Position numbers and translations under genes: made by a program | Assembly: GCA_963665125.2 (NCBI GenBank) | Contig: CAXXUK010000002.1 | Location: 1,240,131-1,304,130 of the forward strand | Length of the DNA: 64,000 nt | Origin: an uncultured Desulfarculus sp. | GTDB taxonomy: Bacteria > Desulfobacterota > Desulfarculia > Desulfarculales > Desulfarculaceae | Direction: 5' to 3' | Shown: one piece after another, positions 39,484 through 47,610 of the stretch | How positions within the stretch are numbered: position 1 is the stretch's first letter | Layout of the letters: each line of letters opens with the position of its first letter | Notes under the pieces: generated by a model | Databases searched by the model: none | What the model was told of the DNA's origin: nothing | The model's input: the letters and a program-made list of their open reading frames with translations, nothing else

Positions 39484-39725
39484 TTTTTTCTTCACCGCTA
39501 AATCACCACCCCGGCCCCGATCCGGCAGGGCCGTTTTCCGCCAGCGCCCGAGGAAAATTTAATCTTCTTTTCGGCAGGGCGCTGATGGCGGGGCCGCTCC
39601 GGGGGCGGAAATCAGGTGGGGATTTAAGCTTTAGTTCATCACCGGCACGTGGGTTGGTCTTGCCTTTGGGACGGGTGTTTATTACCATGGTCGTAATGGC
39701 GAAAACCGGCCGCGCGGTGGTGAGA

Positions 39726-39773
39726 GCAAGATTGCGTTTCGGCACCGAAGTGGCCTCAACGCATCTTGCCAAA
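39726..39773 (+). other. Candidate oriT
   Basis: Inverted repeat gcaagattgcgtt/aacgcatcttgc ending in a MOBP-like catcttgccaa, upstream of mobC. Confidence 0.45.
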
Positions 39774-39839
39774 GGGTGCTGACGCCCCTTTGGAATCCCA
39801 GCCCCGGCGGCGTTTGCAACCCCTAAAAGAGACCTCGGC

Positions 39840-40265
39840 ATGAACAACGAAGACCAAACCACTCAAGACCGGATCGCGGCCAGCAAGGCGGCCTACGAGG
39901 CCAGGCGCATGCGCGTCTGGACAAGCTACAGCGATCCGGCCGAGTTCGCCGAGGTCAAGCGCGCCGCCAAAGCAGCAGGCCTGAAGCCGGGGGAGTATCT
40001 GCGCGCGGCTGAACGGGCCTATCGCCAGCGCCGCTACATGGTGCCCGCCGACATTCGCCAGCGCCTGGAGGCCCTCACCACGCTGCTCAGGAACATCGCC
40101 ACCAGCCTCAACCAGGTGGCCCGCTTCACCAACACCGTGCAGAAAAAACGCGGCTGGCTCGGCAAAAAGCCCTTTGACTGGCGCGAGGCCGAGGCCCGCG
40201 TGCATGAGCTGGAGCGTGAGGTCAAGGACTTTATCCGGCGGCCGCCCGAGGCAGGCGGGCCATGA
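39840..40265 (+). CDS. mobC: Relaxosome accessory protein MobC
   Basis: RHH-like A..AGL..GEYLR; L.NIATSLNQVAR..N. Confidence 0.82.
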   Translation: MNNEDQTTQDRIAASKAAYEARRMRVWTSYSDPAEFAEVKRAAKAAGLKPGEYLRAAERAYRQRRYMVPADIRQRLEALTTLLRNIATSLNQVARFTNTVQKKRGWLGKKPFDWREAEARVHELEREVKDFIRRPPEAGGP

Positions 40266-41200
40266 TCATCAAGAGCATGAGCACCAAGGCGGGCTCGGCC
40301 AATTTCGGGCGGCTCATCAATTACATGCTCAAGCCGGGCGCGCGGGAAAAACGGCCGGAGCAGTCGCTGATCAAGCACAACATGCTCAGCCCTGAGAGCG
40401 ATCCGGCGGCCATCACGGCTGAGTTCGAGCAGAACGCGGCATACCGGAGGCGGCGGGCCAACGGCGTGGTGCTTTATCACGAGGTGATCAGCCCGCATCC
40501 CAAGGACGGGCATCTGGTCAGCGACGAGCTTTTGGAGGATATCGGCCGGGTGTACATGGCCATGCGCGCCGAGGAGGGCCTGGCCGTGGCGGCGATCCAC
40601 CGCGATTTGGAGGACCAGGACCGGCCGCATCTGCACATCTGCATTTCGGGCAACAAGATCGAGTCTGACAGGCAGCTTCGCCTGACGCGGCAGCGCTTCC
40701 GCCAGGTGCAGCGCGAGATGGAAGATTATCAGCGTCAGCGCTACCCGGAGCTGGTGCATTCCATTGTCTTTGACCAGGAGCGTGAACCCGAGCCGGACGG
40801 CCTGCGCCAGGACCACCTGCGCGAGGCCAAACGCCGCCAGGACCGCGAGGCGCAGATGAGCCGCCGCCTGCGCGAGCAGGGCAAGCTATCGCGCAAGGAG
40901 CAGGTGCGCGCCCAGGTGCACGAATGCGTGGCCGCCGCCCGCGACGCGGACGAGCTAAAGCGCTTGCTGACCAACCTGGGATTGGCCTATTATCAGCGGG
41001 GATATTCCCCGGCCGTGATGGACATCAACACTGGCAAACGCTATCGTCTCAAGACTCTGGGCCTGGCCGATGATCTGGACGCTCGACGCCGTCAGTGGCA
41101 GGCCGAAAAAGACCGCCAGGAGCGGTTGCGAGAACGCAAAGATGAGTTGGAGAAAGCCAGACGCGAGCGGGGTGATGGGGGCCGGGAACGTGGGCGGTGA
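40262..41200 (+). CDS. MOBP/VirD2-like relaxase
   Basis: LINY, YHEVIS, H.D...PHLHI HUH motif; ATGA coupling to mobC. Confidence 0.88.
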   Translation: MIIKSMSTKAGSANFGRLINYMLKPGAREKRPEQSLIKHNMLSPESDPAAITAEFEQNAAYRRRRANGVVLYHEVISPHPKDGHLVSDELLEDIGRVYMAMRAEEGLAVAAIHRDLEDQDRPHLHICISGNKIESDRQLRLTRQRFRQVQREMEDYQRQRYPELVHSIVFDQEREPEPDGLRQDHLREAKRRQDREAQMSRRLREQGKLSRKEQVRAQVHECVAAARDADELKRLLTNLGLAYYQRGYSPAVMDINTGKRYRLKTLGLADDLDARRRQWQAEKDRQERLRERKDELEKARRERGDGGRERGR

Positions 41201-41217
41201 AGGCTAATTTAAGCTTG

Positions 41218-43201
41218 CTTAGCACTACTTGCACTCTAAGATGGCCGCCCGACCTGTAGCTTGCCTCACCTCCCCTACATTCGAAACTCCCGAGCCCAGC
41301 GCAATATCCGGTTTGCACCGATGACCATGGCGGCGGCCTTCAGGCATAATGATAATATCGGCAGGCGGCAAAAGAGAGAAATGGTGCAGAGTCAATGATG
41401 AAAAAGCCCACTCGGGAACAAACCGAACCACAACGATTGCGTCGGACGGCCGGGGAGCGCTTGCAGGAAAGCCCTCCGGACAACTCCGAACTGCGGCCGG
41501 AAAACTTTCCCGCCATCCTTCAGGAGCTACGAATCCATCAGGTAGAGCTGGAGATCCAGAACGAAGAACTGCGACGCGCCCGGGAGGAACTTGAGGAGTC
41601 GCGGGACCAGTATTTCGATCTTTATGACCAGGCTCCAGTGGGCTACCTCAGCACCGACCCCAAGGGAAGAATCCTCCAAGCCAACCTGACCATAGCCTAC
41701 ATGCTGGGCCTGCCGCGCGGAAACCTGGTGGGGCAAAGCCTCTATGTCTTTTTGGATAGCGATGGCCAGCAAACCCTGCTGAAACATCTCAGGGCAGATG
41801 CCGGGGAAGGCGTCAGGCAGACCCTCACCATCGAAATGATCCGGAAAGACGGCTCCCGATTCCACGCCCAGGTAGAAAGCGCGCCACAACCGGTTAATGA
41901 CAATCTTCCCTTGCAATTCCGAATGGCCATTGTCGATGTGACCGAGCGCAAGCGAACTGAATACCAACTAAGCCAGAGCGAAGAGCGTTACCGCCGCCTA
42001 GTAGAGACCATGCCGGATGGGGTCTTCACCCTTTCGCCCGATGGGGCTATTGGTTCTCTAAACCAGGCCTTTGAAAAAATCACCGGTTTTAACAGGGATG
42101 ATTGGCTGGGGCGCAGTTTTTGGGACTTGCTTCACCCCGAGGATCTGGGCATGGCCAAGAAGCTGATAAAGACAGCCCTGGCTGGGAAAGGAAAAATAGC
42201 CGAGGAAACAAGAATTTTATCGAGCGCCGGCGACTACTTGATTGTTTATTTCATTGTAGAGCCGGACTTTGAGTTTGGCAAAGTTACTGGCGTCTGGGTA
42301 ATGGGACGTGACATCACCAAACGCAAGAAGGCCGAGTGGGCCTTGCGCAAGTCGCGCGACACCATGGAAACCGAGGTGCGCAAGAGAACCTTGGAGCTGT
42401 CCCAGGCCAACCGGGACTTAGAGGAAGGACTGGAAAAGCGCAAAAAGGACGCTGCGGAGTTGCGTGAGCAGAAGACCGAACTGGAATTCAAGACCGTGGA
42501 ATTGGAAGAGGCCAACACCGCCTTGCGGGTTCTGATGCGCCGAGGCGAAGAAGACAAGGGAGAATTGGAAAACGCCATTACCCAGCAAACCCACCGTCTC
42601 CTTGTGCCTCGCCTGCAGGGGCTGTTGGAATCGGGGCTTGACCAGAACCAGCAAAAAGTGGTGAAGCTGTTGATCTCCCAACTGAGACAGATCACCTCAT
42701 CTTTTGCCCAGAGGCTGAACTCACCCAAATTCGGGCTCACGCCTAGAGAGACCCAGGTAGCTATGATGATTCGCGAGGGTTTGGCAACCAAGGAAATCGC
42801 CGAGGTATTGAAAGTCTCAGGAGACACGGTTGCAACCTATCGGCACAATATACGCCGCAAGATTGGTATATTAGGAAAAAAGATCAGCTTGAGCGCCGTC
42901 CTGTCCGATATTCAATAATGGTGACTTGAACTAGTCATTATTTCAATGATGTCTCATCTGTGTGTTTTCGGGATTTTAGGGGATAATTTAATAAAGATAC
43001 AGCGGGCACCGCTTGCTCCCACTTGCCTCCCAATGGCCAAGTTTCGGCCAACCTCGCCAAGGCAAGCCCACCGGCCATTGAGAAGTGATCTTTCACTGGG
43101 CAACCAGTTCGACGGTTCGAGAGTCTTGTTTGGTCCCCTTCACACCTACAAGGAATTGAGGACCCATGGCCAGGATTCTCTTGATTGCCAACTACGGTTG
43201 G
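41218..43201 (+). repeat. ~2-kb direct repeat, copy 1
   Basis: Same sequence and identical translated ORFs at 61862-63845 (offset 20644). Confidence 0.92.
41395..42918 (+). CDS. PAS-PAS-coiled-coil-LuxR transcriptional regulator (copy 1)
   Basis: Two PAS; LTPRETQV..G..TKEIA..TV..YR.NIRRK. Confidence 0.92.
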   Translation: MMKKPTREQTEPQRLRRTAGERLQESPPDNSELRPENFPAILQELRIHQVELEIQNEELRRAREELEESRDQYFDLYDQAPVGYLSTDPKGRILQANLTIAYMLGLPRGNLVGQSLYVFLDSDGQQTLLKHLRADAGEGVRQTLTIEMIRKDGSRFHAQVESAPQPVNDNLPLQFRMAIVDVTERKRTEYQLSQSEERYRRLVETMPDGVFTLSPDGAIGSLNQAFEKITGFNRDDWLGRSFWDLLHPEDLGMAKKLIKTALAGKGKIAEETRILSSAGDYLIVYFIVEPDFEFGKVTGVWVMGRDITKRKKAEWALRKSRDTMETEVRKRTLELSQANRDLEEGLEKRKKDAAELREQKTELEFKTVELEEANTALRVLMRRGEEDKGELENAITQQTHRLLVPRLQGLLESGLDQNQQKVVKLLISQLRQITSSFAQRLNSPKFGLTPRETQVAMMIREGLATKEIAEVLKVSGDTVATYRHNIRRKIGILGKKISLSAVLSDIQ

Positions 43202-43519
43202 GCCCGCAGCTACCACGCCTACCAGCTCAGCGACGGGGAGCATTTGGTAAGGAGCACCGGCTTCACGCCTCAGCTAACGGAAAAGACAACTTCTTTCCAG
43301 CCCGAGGTGATTGTGGCCGACCTGTCTGGTGAACGTCCGCCGGCTGATTTGCTTTGGCAAACCGTCGCAGTCGTACCGGAAGCAAGCCTGGCCGTGATCT
43401 ACAGTCCAGACGCCGTAAGCTGGGGAGTGTTCTTTCCTCTCCCAATCTGGAAAGTATGCGATGAGGAGTCCCGTGTGGGAGGAACTGAACAAAATCATGG
43501 AAACCGTTTTGAGCAATGA
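43166..43519 (+). CDS. Degenerate receiver-like small protein
   Basis: MARILLI.., PEVIVADL; RBS gagg; diverged second copy at 63810+. Confidence 0.45.
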   Translation: MARILLIANYGWARSYHAYQLSDGEHLVRSTGFTPQLTEKTTSFQPEVIVADLSGERPPADLLWQTVAVVPEASLAVIYSPDAVSWGVFFPLPIWKVCDEESRVGGTEQNHGNRFEQ

Positions 43520-43628
43520 AGGCGGGGCGGCTCCCAAGGGAGTTGCCAACGAGCTGGGTTTGATGGAGGGCTGATATTTCTCTTAGGTCACAGCATACCC
43601 AAAGAAAATTGCTCAGGCAAGGCCTGGG

Positions 43629-43886
43629 ATGGAGGTTGCCATGAGCATAATGGCTGGTCATGAATCCAAGAGTCACCGCCCGGTCAATGACGAGGGTGGC
43701 CGCAACCTGGACTGCCCTCATTATTCGTTCTGTTTGGATCGCGCAGCGTACGCCCAATGGCCGGACTTCACCTGTGAGTATTGTACGCACCGTAATACCC
43801 GGCAGCCCATTCGTCTGGATGATCTGGATCTGGAAACCATCGGATGGGAAGACATCTGGTGCGGGGAAATGAGCCTGATGATTTAA
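43629..43886 (+). CDS. Small four-Cys protein
   Basis: DCPHYSFCL..W..FTCEYC. Confidence 0.6.
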   Translation: MEVAMSIMAGHESKSHRPVNDEGGRNLDCPHYSFCLDRAAYAQWPDFTCEYCTHRNTRQPIRLDDLDLETIGWEDIWCGEMSLMI

Positions 43887-43994
43887 GCAAACATTAATCG
43901 GAGCCTTGCCCAGTCGAGAGGATCAAAAGGAGACTTAAGTAAGACGTACATACTCAATCTTTATCCCGGCGACAGAGGAAAGTGGAGATTCGAT

Positions 43995-44504
43995 ATGGTG
44001 GAAAACACAGAAAGCACCCTGTCGGCGGTCAGCAGAGTCACCAGAAATGCCGTTATTGGAGCCCTTAAAGGGTCAGGCGAAATTGCCCAAGTTATCGTGG
44101 ATACGACTGCTGATGTGGTGAAGGACACTATCGCGGGAGCGGGTGATTTTACGGTGGCCATTGAAGAAAGAGTCGGAGAGATTGTGTCAGGTGCCGTCGA
44201 GGCCACAACCGAATTTGGTGGAGACATATACGTGACCATAAAAAGCACGGTCTTTGGAGTAGTGAAAGCCAGCTCGGAGGTTGGGGCGGACGTGGGCAAG
44301 ACCGCTGTTGCGGCAACCAATGTTGCTATCGAGGCGGGAGCCAAGGCGGGCACCGATGTCAACGCGGCCACCAATGAAGCCGTCACCGGCGCCATTGAAG
44401 CCGGCGACGCAATCGGGGCGGATGCGTCACAGGCCGTAAGGAGTGCCCTTATAACTTCAATCAAAGGTGCGGAGGATGTGATAAAGCCGCCGCCACGTAA
44501 ATAG
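43995..44504 (+). CDS. Ala/Val/Gly/Thr-rich helical repeat protein
   Basis: Internal repeats V.GAVEA..E.G.D; RBS ggag. Confidence 0.75.
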   Translation: MVENTESTLSAVSRVTRNAVIGALKGSGEIAQVIVDTTADVVKDTIAGAGDFTVAIEERVGEIVSGAVEATTEFGGDIYVTIKSTVFGVVKASSEVGADVGKTAVAATNVAIEAGAKAGTDVNAATNEAVTGAIEAGDAIGADASQAVRSALITSIKGAEDVIKPPPRK

Positions 44505-44601
44505 ATAAGCTAGGGAAGGCAACGGTTGCCACCCAGTCTGAGGAAAATGCTAGGCACCTCCCGGCCCGGGCAGGAGCAAATCAATATCCCAGGAGAAGTA
44601 A

Positions 44602-44814
44602 ATGCTCAAATTGACCTTTGGGTTTCTGATAATAACTTTGGTGGCAGCCGTTTTCGCTTTCACCAACATTTCCACGGCTGTGCCAGACATCGCGCAAACC
44701 TTGTTATTGGCTTTCCCGGTGCTTTTTCTCATGACGCTTTTCGGCTGGCTGCTGTTCCGTCGCAGGGCGCAGAATAACATGCCGTCAAACCGGATAGCGC
44801 CAAGACCGTTTTAA
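44602..44814 (+). CDS. DUF1328-like small membrane protein
   Basis: ML..FLII.LVAAVF.FT.I....IAQ.L. Confidence 0.75.
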   Translation: MLKLTFGFLIITLVAAVFAFTNISTAVPDIAQTLLLAFPVLFLMTLFGWLLFRRRAQNNMPSNRIAPRPF

Positions 44815-44844
44815 AATCGATCTAACTTTTTTATGGAGAACCTC

Positions 44845-45024
44845 ATGAAAAGCAGCACCAAAAACCAAGCGCAAGGCAAGTTTCACAAAAATATGGGCAA
44901 GGTCAAGGAGCTTGCAGGAAAAGCCGGTCTGAATGCTGAGCTGGAAGGCAAAGGCAAGGAAGAAACCAGGGCCGGCAAAATACAGGAAAAGACCGGAGAG
45001 ATCGAGAAGGTTGTAGGGAAATAG
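44845..45024 (+). CDS. csbD: CsbD-family stress protein
   Basis: GKVKE.AGK...LE.KG....GKIQEK.G. Confidence 0.85.
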   Translation: MKSSTKNQAQGKFHKNMGKVKELAGKAGLNAELEGKGKEETRAGKIQEKTGEIEKVVGK

Positions 45025-45135
45025 AGCGTAGGTGTCATTCACCGGCCAGCCTTTGGGGTTGGCTGGAGTAGACGTTGGATCACGCCGAATCAGGTTTCAA
45101 ACCATCGGGTCAATCGAAAAAGGGGAGGTTGATGC

Positions 45136-45576
45136 ATGAAAAGGACATTAGCGGCTTTAATCACTCTCATCGCCCTGGGGGCCTTGGCCTTGGCGGGGTG
45201 CGGGGACAATGGGGACAAGAAGGTCACTGCCGAGCAAGTGAAGAAGGAGTCCAAGGAAGCAGTGGACACGGCGGTTGCCTATACCAAGCAAAAGCAAGAG
45301 GAGTTGATGGCCAAGGCCAAGGCCCAATACCAGGAACTCGAGAAGGATACGTCCGAGCTCATGGGCAAGGCCAAGGAGCAGGCCGCAGCTGGCCAAGACA
45401 AGGCCAAAGAGGTCTTGGCTGACCTTCAGAAGCAACAGGCGGTGGTGCAGGAGAAGCTGAAGGCCATGGAATCCTCCAGCGGCAAGGCATGGGAAAAGGC
45501 CAAGGTCGAGTTGGATGAGGCGTTGCAGAATCTTAAGCAGGCCTACCAAAAGGCCAAGGAAGAACTGGCAAGTTAA
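45136..45576 (+). CDS. Coiled-coil lipoprotein
   Basis: LAGC lipobox; K/E/A-rich; SS.KAWE. Confidence 0.8.
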   Translation: MKRTLAALITLIALGALALAGCGDNGDKKVTAEQVKKESKEAVDTAVAYTKQKQEELMAKAKAQYQELEKDTSELMGKAKEQAAAGQDKAKEVLADLQKQQAVVQEKLKAMESSSGKAWEKAKVELDEALQNLKQAYQKAKEELAS

Positions 45577-45686
45577 GCAGGCAGGCAATGTGAGCAGGTG
45601 GACCTCGCCGATAGCGATGGCCCACTGCTTTGGCCGGATTGAGGAAAAAGAAAAGTGAAATGCCTAGCCAGGAATGAAAGGACAGA

Positions 45687-47060
45687 ATGCGACTTTATTT
45701 GATAAACCCATCCAACCCGCTCGTAAGCATCGTCAATGTTAAAGAGAGCCGTTGGAACCGCTACCGAGTGTGGAAGCCGCTCAGCCTAATGGTTCTGGCC
45801 GGCCTGACCCCGTCGGGCTGGGAAATACAGATCATAGACGAGAACCTCGGCGCGCCGGACTATGCGGGTCTTCCCCGGCCGGACTTGGTGGGGATAACCG
45901 CCTTCACCTCCCAGGCGAACCGCGCCTACGAGGTGGCGGCTCATTTCCGGAGGCTGGGCGTACCCGTGGTCATGGGCGGCATTCACGCAACCATGTGCCG
46001 AGAGGAGGCAATGGAGCGCGTGGATGCGGTAGTTACAGGGGAAGCGGAGGACATCTGGCCGGAGGTTCTAGAGGACGCCCAGAACGGCAGGCTGCAACAC
46101 CGGTATGATGGAGGGCTCGCCGATATAAAGGACGTGCCGGTGGCCCGGCACGATTTGCTCAATGGAGGATATGCCTGCGGGGCCATTCAGACCACGCGCG
46201 GCTGTCCCTTGAACTGCAGCTTTTGTAGCGTGACAGCCTTTAACGGGGCACATTATAGGCAAAGACCCATAGCGGATGTGGTTCAGGAATTTCAGCTGAT
46301 TCGAGAAAAGCATGTGCTGGTGGTGGACGACAATCTCGTCGGCACCCGCCGGGAGCACGTCGCCCGCGCCAAGGACCTGTTTCGTGCCATGGCACAGGCG
46401 AAATTGGGAAAGCAGTGGTTTGCCCAGGCCAGCATTAACTTCGCCGATGACGATGAACTCCTGAAACTTGCAGCCAAAGCCGGTTGCATCGGAGTCTTCA
46501 TCGGCTTTGAATCTCCCACGCCCGAGGGTCTCCGGGAAATAGGCAAGAAATTCAACCTTCAGAAGGATAGGGATTTCCCTGCCTCGGTGCGGCGCATCCA
46601 AAGGCACGGCATACTTGTCGCAGGTTCCTTTATCATCGGACTGGACACAGACGAACCGGGCGTGGGCAAGCTTATAGCCGAGACAGCCAGGCGTTACGGC
46701 GTGGACAATCTCAACGCCCTGTTTCTGACACCCTTGCCTGGCACTCGCCTTTGGGACCAGATGAAATCGGAGAACCGCATCGCCCTCGATAAGTTCCCAG
46801 GAGACTGGAAATATTTCACGCTGACCTTCCCGGTGGCCCGGTATAAGAATTTGTCTCTGGAGGGCATTATCCAAGAGATGATCGCCTGTGATTGGGACTT
46901 TTATTCCATGCGGCGCATTCTGGGCAGATTTTGGGACAGCATATGGCGACGCCGCAAACCACTGGTCAGCCTGGCGGGCAATTTCTCATACAGGAATAAT
47001 CTTCGGCTGAACCGTAAAGCATATGCAGGCTTTCAGTCGTACGCGAACGCCCAATTTTGA
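45687..47060 (+). CDS. B12-binding radical SAM protein
   Basis: VVMGGIHAT; TRGCPLNCSFC; IGFES. Confidence 0.9.
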   Translation: MRLYLINPSNPLVSIVNVKESRWNRYRVWKPLSLMVLAGLTPSGWEIQIIDENLGAPDYAGLPRPDLVGITAFTSQANRAYEVAAHFRRLGVPVVMGGIHATMCREEAMERVDAVVTGEAEDIWPEVLEDAQNGRLQHRYDGGLADIKDVPVARHDLLNGGYACGAIQTTRGCPLNCSFCSVTAFNGAHYRQRPIADVVQEFQLIREKHVLVVDDNLVGTRREHVARAKDLFRAMAQAKLGKQWFAQASINFADDDELLKLAAKAGCIGVFIGFESPTPEGLREIGKKFNLQKDRDFPASVRRIQRHGILVAGSFIIGLDTDEPGVGKLIAETARRYGVDNLNALFLTPLPGTRLWDQMKSENRIALDKFPGDWKYFTLTFPVARYKNLSLEGIIQEMIACDWDFYSMRRILGRFWDSIWRRRKPLVSLAGNFSYRNNLRLNRKAYAGFQSYANAQF

Positions 47061-47610
47061 TCTGGCAGATCCCCTGTGGAGGGACATTTTCACCGTATAT
47101 ATGGGCGTTGTGTGTTCGGGGTGCCTCCAATAAGGCCTGAAGATAAAGGTGATCATCATGGATGTTAACGGTCCTTCGGTCCTTATAAATTGGATGATAT
47201 GGTTCGCCATCATACCCATTGGGGGGACATTGATCTTCGGTGGAGCAATTTCCCTATGGCCGCGCTAGTTGCTGCCCACCAGCGGCGTGGCTTGGTTGGT
47301 CACAGTAGCCTTTAGCCTGCTGTTTTTTATTTTGGCGTTCGTGGGCATGGGAAAATTCGTTTAACCAGTGCCGAACTGATCCACCTACAAGGAAGCACAC
47401 TGTCGGCGATCGGCAGGGTTACAAAAAATGCCGTTATCGGAGCGCTTAAAGGGTCAAAGGCTAAAACCGCTCAGCCGCCTCTGCGGCCGCCCGGGAGAAG
47501 CATGGCAACAAATAGAAGGTCTAGTAAAAATGGCTACCACTTATCCAGAATATATCTGATAGCGTTAATGCTTTATTTCGGTGGTATTCACCGATGAGGG
47601 AAATTGATTA

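Noticed and set aside
26104..41200. Alternative genetic code (UGA=Gly) in the CPR-like element
   Set aside because: TGA ends genes at natural boundaries (38071, 38324, 38785, 41200) and long ORFs are uninterrupted
41218..43201. Insertion sequence forming a composite transposon
   Set aside because: No transposase, terminal inverted repeats or target duplication seen
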